DNA of 64,000 nt from Nitrospirota bacterium (lineage in GTDB: Bacteria > Nitrospirota > UBA9217). The notes beneath the pieces were generated by a model. It was not told the DNA's origin. It searched no databases and was given only the letters and a program-made list of their open reading frames with translations. A program made the translations under genes and the position numbers. Location: NCBI GenBank assembly GCA_963740085.1, contig CAVUCU010000001.1, positions 1,408,001-1,472,000 of the forward strand, read 5' to 3'. Below, piece after piece: positions 59,838 to 64,000 of this stretch (the stretch's first letter is position 1; each line of letters starts with the position of its first letter).

Positions 59838-60827
59838 TTAATAAGAAAAGGAGAGCCCTGCAAAACCCCTGCGTCCGAACTGATCGAATCGCATCAGGGT
59901 TTCTCCGTAGCCGTACCAGTACTGCAGATAAAGCGCAAAATTCGTATTCGGAAGCTGCTGCCGGAATTCCAATTCATATGAATTTTTGCTTTGAGCGCGG
60001 AATATCGGCGTTTTCACATCCAGTTGATGGTCCCGTAAACTTCCACCCCAGAGAAAGTTCCTGACGCTTACCCCGATCTCCCCCTGCCCCATGTAGTCGA
60101 GAAATTTATCGTTGCTGCCGATGGATCGAAGATAGGCAGTCTCATCGGAATAACCCGACGCATGCCAGAGTTTGACGTATAACATCGCCTTGTCCGACAG
60201 GAAGGAATTCGAATCTTCCAGTTTTTCCTTCGACTCGAGTCCGAACTTGATCAGAACATACTGCCTGTTCCAGCCCCGCGACTGGTCTCCGGCAAGACCG
60301 TTGGATTCGTGCTCGATGGGACTGATAACGATGTTGCGCAGTTTAAGCCGACCGGTGATCGTCGCGTTGACAGGATAATCTAAAAAGAACTCCGGGTTAA
60401 TATTGCTTTCCTCGAAAGGCCTGGACTGCTGCCCCACGTTCCAGAGCGTTTTCTGCGTATAGGCAACATAGGCCGGAAAAACATTGTACTTGAAGACATA
60501 CAGGTTCGGTTTCAGTACCTTGAACTTCATGCTTATCTGGAACTTGGCCTGTGCGTTGGTGTTCCCGGGCCAACGATTTAGTGAAAAATAATTCACCTTG
60601 TATGTGGCAACGGGACTGTCCGTTTTTTTCTCAACGATGCTCGTCTTTGAGGTGATTTCTGCTGCTCAAGGCTCGGTGTTTTCAGGATTCTCCGCGTCTT
60701 GCTGTTGAATTGCCGAATCAGCCTGTCGGGCCGCCCTCGCGGGAGCATCTGGTACAGAAAGCTCACCAGCGCCGCCATTGGCGGCAAAAAACAGAGCAAA
60801 CATAAACGCGAACACTAATTTGATCAC
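59838..60827 (-). CDS. pldA: Outer-membrane phospholipase A with an in-frame TGA at 60666-60668
   Basis: KFQISMK, AYTQ, PFEESNINPE, HESNG catalytic motif, GYGETL; the signal peptide from GTG 60827 is in frame but separated by one TGA. Confidence 0.75.
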
Positions 60828-60855
60828 AAGACCTCCGAAGCGACAAAGGGTCTTT

Positions 60856-60936
60856 TACCGCTGAGACGCAGAGTCGCAGGGAAAATATTTTTATTTTCAG
60901 TATGCATTTCTCCGTGTCTCCGACACCTCAGCGGTA
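60856..60936. repeat. REP-like inverted repeat (copy C)
   Basis: TACCGCTGAGACGCAGAGTCGCAGG ... CTCCGTGTCTCCGACACCTCAGCGGTA. Confidence 0.75.
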
Positions 60937-60960
60937 GATGAACACTTTTCTATGACTTCA

Positions 60961-61356
60961 TTAAGAGTGCTCGGCCTCTGATTGCCCAAGCGCAGCCCTC
61001 ACAATTCTGACTAATTCTTCTGTCTCAAAAGGCTTCTGGAAGTACGCAAACACCTCATTGCTGAGTGACTTGATATAGGACTCCACACCGGTATGCGCGG
61101 TAAGCATGATTATCGGTATCTTCCGGTATTTTTTGTTGTCTTTGATCTTCCTGGACACCTGCAGGCCGTCCATCCCCGGCAGCATAAGGTCCAGCAGTAT
61201 GAGGTCTATCGTTTGGGTCTTGATCTTCAGCAGGGCCTCTTCCCCGGTTGCCGCGCTTACCACCTCGTAGCCTCTCGGAACGAGAATGTTCTCGAGCAGT
61301 TTGAGGTTCGCGGGTTCATCGTCGACACAAAGGATGATCGGCTTCTTCAGCATCAT
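60961..61356 (-). CDS. Single-domain response regulator
   Basis: VDDE, LLDLMLPGMDG, T, KPF. Confidence 0.9.
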   Translation of the reverse strand: MMLKKPIILCVDDEPANLKLLENILVPRGYEVVSAATGEEALLKIKTQTIDLILLDLMLPGMDGLQVSRKIKDNKKYRKIPIIMLTAHTGVESYIKSLSNEVFAYFQKPFETEELVRIVRAALGQSEAEHS

Positions 61357-61360
61357 GTTT

Positions 61361-61729
61361 TTACCCCTGAATAATCTTTTTTACGAGCTCAACAAATTTT
61401 CGCGTATCAATGGGTTTCGTCACATATTCATCAAACCCGACCTTTAGTGCCTTTTCCCTGTCGCCTTTCATGGCAAATGAGGTGACGGCGATCACCTTCA
61501 GCCTGCTCAGTTCCGGCGTTTTACGCAATTCCGCTATCACCGCAAACCCCCCCATGACAGGCATCTGCAGATCAAGCAGGATAAGATCGGGCATGTGCTC
61601 TCTGGCCATCTTCAACCCGGCTTCCCCATCGGCCGCCTCCAGCACTTCGTAGCCATGATAGGTAAGTATCTGTCTCATAAGGATGCGGTTCTGCTCGTTA
61701 TCTTCTACAACAAGAATTTTCTCAGGCAT
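61361..61729 (-). CDS. Single-domain response regulator (DivK-like)
   Basis: VEDN, DLQMPVMGG, TSFAMKGDREK, KPI. Confidence 0.9.
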   Translation of the reverse strand: MPEKILVVEDNEQNRILMRQILTYHGYEVLEAADGEAGLKMAREHMPDLILLDLQMPVMGGFAVIAELRKTPELSRLKVIAVTSFAMKGDREKALKVGFDEYVTKPIDTRKFVELVKKIIQG

Positions 61730-63284
61730 CTTTTTTTCTCCTCTGTTTTACGGGAATGACAAAGGCAAAGAGGCTCCCTTTGCCGAACTCGCTCTCCACC
61801 CATATTCTTCCACCGTGCAAATCAACAAGTTTTTTTGTAAGCGCAAGCCCGAGCCCGGTGCCCTCGAACTGTTTATCATAGGGCGACGACAATTGAGCAA
61901 ACTCCTTGAAAAGCTTCGGGAGGTCCTCCCGCCGGATCCCTATGCCGGTGTCCCTGATGCTGATCTCTATATCCTGGGCCCCATTGATCTCCTTCAACAT
62001 TACCTGCACCTGGCCCCCGTCAGGAGTGAATTTCACCGCATTGCTCAGGAGATTGAACATTATCTGCTTGAGCTTCCTTTCATCCGCCTCGATCTCGATC
62101 GAAGGATCTGGTTCGAATTGAAGATCCAGCTTTATCCCGTGCCTCAATGCCTTCTCCCTCTGCATGACCAGGGATGCGTCAAGCAGCTCTCTTAAAGACA
62201 CGCTCTCCACGTCGAGCTCCATCTTGCCCGATTCGACTTTGGAGAGATCGAGGATGTCGTTGATAAGGCTGAGCAGGTGCCTTCCCGCCTTGAGGATGTA
62301 CATCACATTTTCGCGCTGCGACTCATTCAGCGTTCCGAGCAGTTGGTCCTCCAGGACCTCCGAAAAACCGATTATAGAATTAAGAGGGGTCCGGAGCTCA
62401 TGGCTCATGTTGGCAAGGAAATCGGACTTGGCCATTGTTGCTGACTCGGCCTCGAATTGCGCCTTCTTCGCGTCCCGTGTTCGTTCCGCCAATTCCCGTT
62501 CCAGCCTCATTTTTTCCGTGACGTCTTCTATTGCCAGGAGGATCAGCTGGGAACCGCTCTCCTCCTGAGCGATCCGGCGGGCATTGAGCAGCATGACTTT
62601 GTGCCCGATGCTTGAGAACACATGCTCAACCTCATAGTCATCGAACTTGTTGTCCTTAGGAAGGATCTCTTCAAGCAGCGTCCGAAGCCCGGGAATGTCC
62701 CATTGCCGGTTTCCGAGGTCATAGATAAGATTTCCGATCGTTTCCCCCGGTGTCACCCTGAAAGAATCATAGAAGCTGCGGTTGGCCTTGAGGACCCTCA
62801 GGTCTGAATCCAGCACCAGCAGGGGTTCACGCACGGTCTCAATAATATCTTCATTGGCCCTTGTTGCGGCCTCGGCATCGAATTGCGCCTTCTTCGCGTC
62901 TCGTGTCCGTTCCGCCAATTCTTTTTCCAGGCGCATTTTTTCAGTGATATCTTCTATGGCCAGGAGGATCAGCTGAGGACCGCTTTCTGCTTGAATGATG
63001 CGGCGGGCATTGAGCAGCATTATCTTGTGCCCGATGCTTGAAAATACATGTTCAACTTTATAGTCGTCGAACTTGTTATTATTGGGAAGCATCTCTTCAA
63101 GCAGCGTCCGAAGGCTGGGAATGTCCCACTGCCGGTTTCCGAGATCATAGATCAGGTTGCCCACCGTTTCCTTCGGCAGTACCTTGAAGGATTCATAAAA
63201 ACTACGGCTGGCCAAAAGGACCCTCAGATCCGCATCCAGGACCACAAGGGGTTCACGAGCTGTCTCGATAATATCCTCAAACAT
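61722..63284 (-). CDS. PAS-PAS histidine kinase
   Basis: FLANMSHELRTPLN, NLLSNAVKF, DTGIGI, GTGLGL. Confidence 0.92.
   Translation of the reverse strand: MFEDIIETAREPLVVLDADLRVLLASRSFYESFKVLPKETVGNLIYDLGNRQWDIPSLRTLLEEMLPNNNKFDDYKVEHVFSSIGHKIMLLNARRIIQAESGPQLILLAIEDITEKMRLEKELAERTRDAKKAQFDAEAATRANEDIIETVREPLLVLDSDLRVLKANRSFYDSFRVTPGETIGNLIYDLGNRQWDIPGLRTLLEEILPKDNKFDDYEVEHVFSSIGHKVMLLNARRIAQEESGSQLILLAIEDVTEKMRLERELAERTRDAKKAQFEAESATMAKSDFLANMSHELRTPLNSIIGFSEVLEDQLLGTLNESQRENVMYILKAGRHLLSLINDILDLSKVESGKMELDVESVSLRELLDASLVMQREKALRHGIKLDLQFEPDPSIEIEADERKLKQIMFNLLSNAVKFTPDGGQVQVMLKEINGAQDIEISIRDTGIGIRREDLPKLFKEFAQLSSPYDKQFEGTGLGLALTKKLVDLHGGRIWVESEFGKGSLFAFVIPVKQRRKKDA
62440..63280. repeat. Intragenic tandem duplication, 426-nt period (PAS module)
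   Basis: AATTGCGCCTTCTTCGCGTC at 62455 and at 62881. Confidence 0.9.
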
Positions 63285-63438
63285 ATTAGCATCCCCAATC
63301 TATGACTTCTCTGGTCTGCCTCGCGCTACGCGCCGCGTAAAGCCCGGGAACGCTGTTGCGGAGAAACATGAGTTTTACAGGCGGCACGTTTTTCATTCGT
63401 GGTTCCTCCCTTGATGAAACCTCTGGTGTTATCGTTGT

Positions 63439-64000
63439 CTAATTAAAGGTTGCGTCGATCGTATGGTTCGCTGTCACGTTTATGAACGTGTACGAAGCCA
63501 CTGGACCTTGCGAAACGCCATCCACCTGAACATCTTTGATGGTATGTTTCGGATCCGGCTTAATCGTGAACGCCTTATCTTTACCGGAGATCACCGATAC
63601 CGTACCTGATGGATTGATACTTCCATGTGGGCCCGCAGTCGCTGTTATGGTGTAGTTGGCGGCTGTTGCCTGGCTCACCGTCAATGTGCCGGAAGCCAGG
63701 CCCGCCCCAAAGTTCCCCTGTGCAGCATACGCTGCGTTCAAGATATGGGTGCCCGCGCTCGGGCTGGTAATCGTGAAGGTGGTGGACCCGGCGATCAGTC
63801 CCTGCGTCGCAGTTGTTCCGTTGTCAACAAGCAATGACACGTTTCCCGCGGGTGTCCCTGATGCTGAACCGACCGTCACCGTCACGATGCCATTTTCGCC
63901 GTATGTCACGGCAGGTGCGTTGATCGTTATCGTCGTCGATGCCTGATTCACCGTGAGGGTGCCGGAAGCCTTGCTTTCTCCGAAGATGCCCTGCGCAGCA
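63439..64000 (-). CDS. C-terminal part of a large Ig-like-repeat surface protein (partial)
   Basis: Thr/Gly-rich bacterial Ig-like repeat, then YTITATAGPHGSINP...YTFINVTANHTIDATF; the frame runs off the window end. Confidence 0.8.
   Translation of the reverse strand, partial: AAQGIFGESKASGTLTVNQASTTITINAPAVTYGENGIVTVTVGSASGTPAGNVSLLVDNGTTATQGLIAGSTTFTITSPSAGTHILNAAYAAQGNFGAGLASGTLTVSQATAANYTITATAGPHGSINPSGTVSVISGKDKAFTIKPDPKHTIKDVQVDGVSQGPVASYTFINVTANHTIDATFN

Overview
A ~55% GC bacterial chromosomal window. Gene content (RACo/ASKHA activator, CheB-CheR fusion, DUF748/AsmA, many PAS kinases) suggests an anaerobic diderm such as Nitrospirota or Desulfobacterota; this is inference only. 1-16.8 kb is one co-directional osmostress cluster: GH57, MscS, TreY, GlgC, Na/Ca antiporter, CLC, GpgP/MpgP, glycerate kinase, a Ggs-like glycosyltransferase and GpgS, which would give trehalose plus both known glucosylglycerate routes. 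16.8-20.9 kb is an AT-richer insert with a possible integrase remnant, a stand-alone MshEN-like protein and a PAS hybrid kinase. 20.9-41.3 kb carries RACo, NlpC/P60, DUF3109, a speD-speE-decarboxylase operon behind a structured leader, a DHH protein, YdiY, MscL, a CuA protein with a Tat phosphoesterase, DUF748, a B12 radical SAM, NupC and a CheB-CheR-PAS fusion. 41.5-64 kb is a minus-strand stress/signalling tract in which at least seven genes are broken (decay or low-coverage sequence error). The best candidates for undescribed biology are: (i) a CheB-CheR fusion with no chemotaxis genes nearby whose distinctive PAS subtype occurs six times in four proteins, including two separate tandem duplications that both have a 426-nt period; (ii) a candidate cis-regulatory RNA upstream of speD; (iii) a family of 9-bp-periodic palindromic intergenic elements, one nested inside another. 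No rRNA, tRNA, CRISPR array or intact transposase was seen. All family calls come from motif recognition; no database searches were run.
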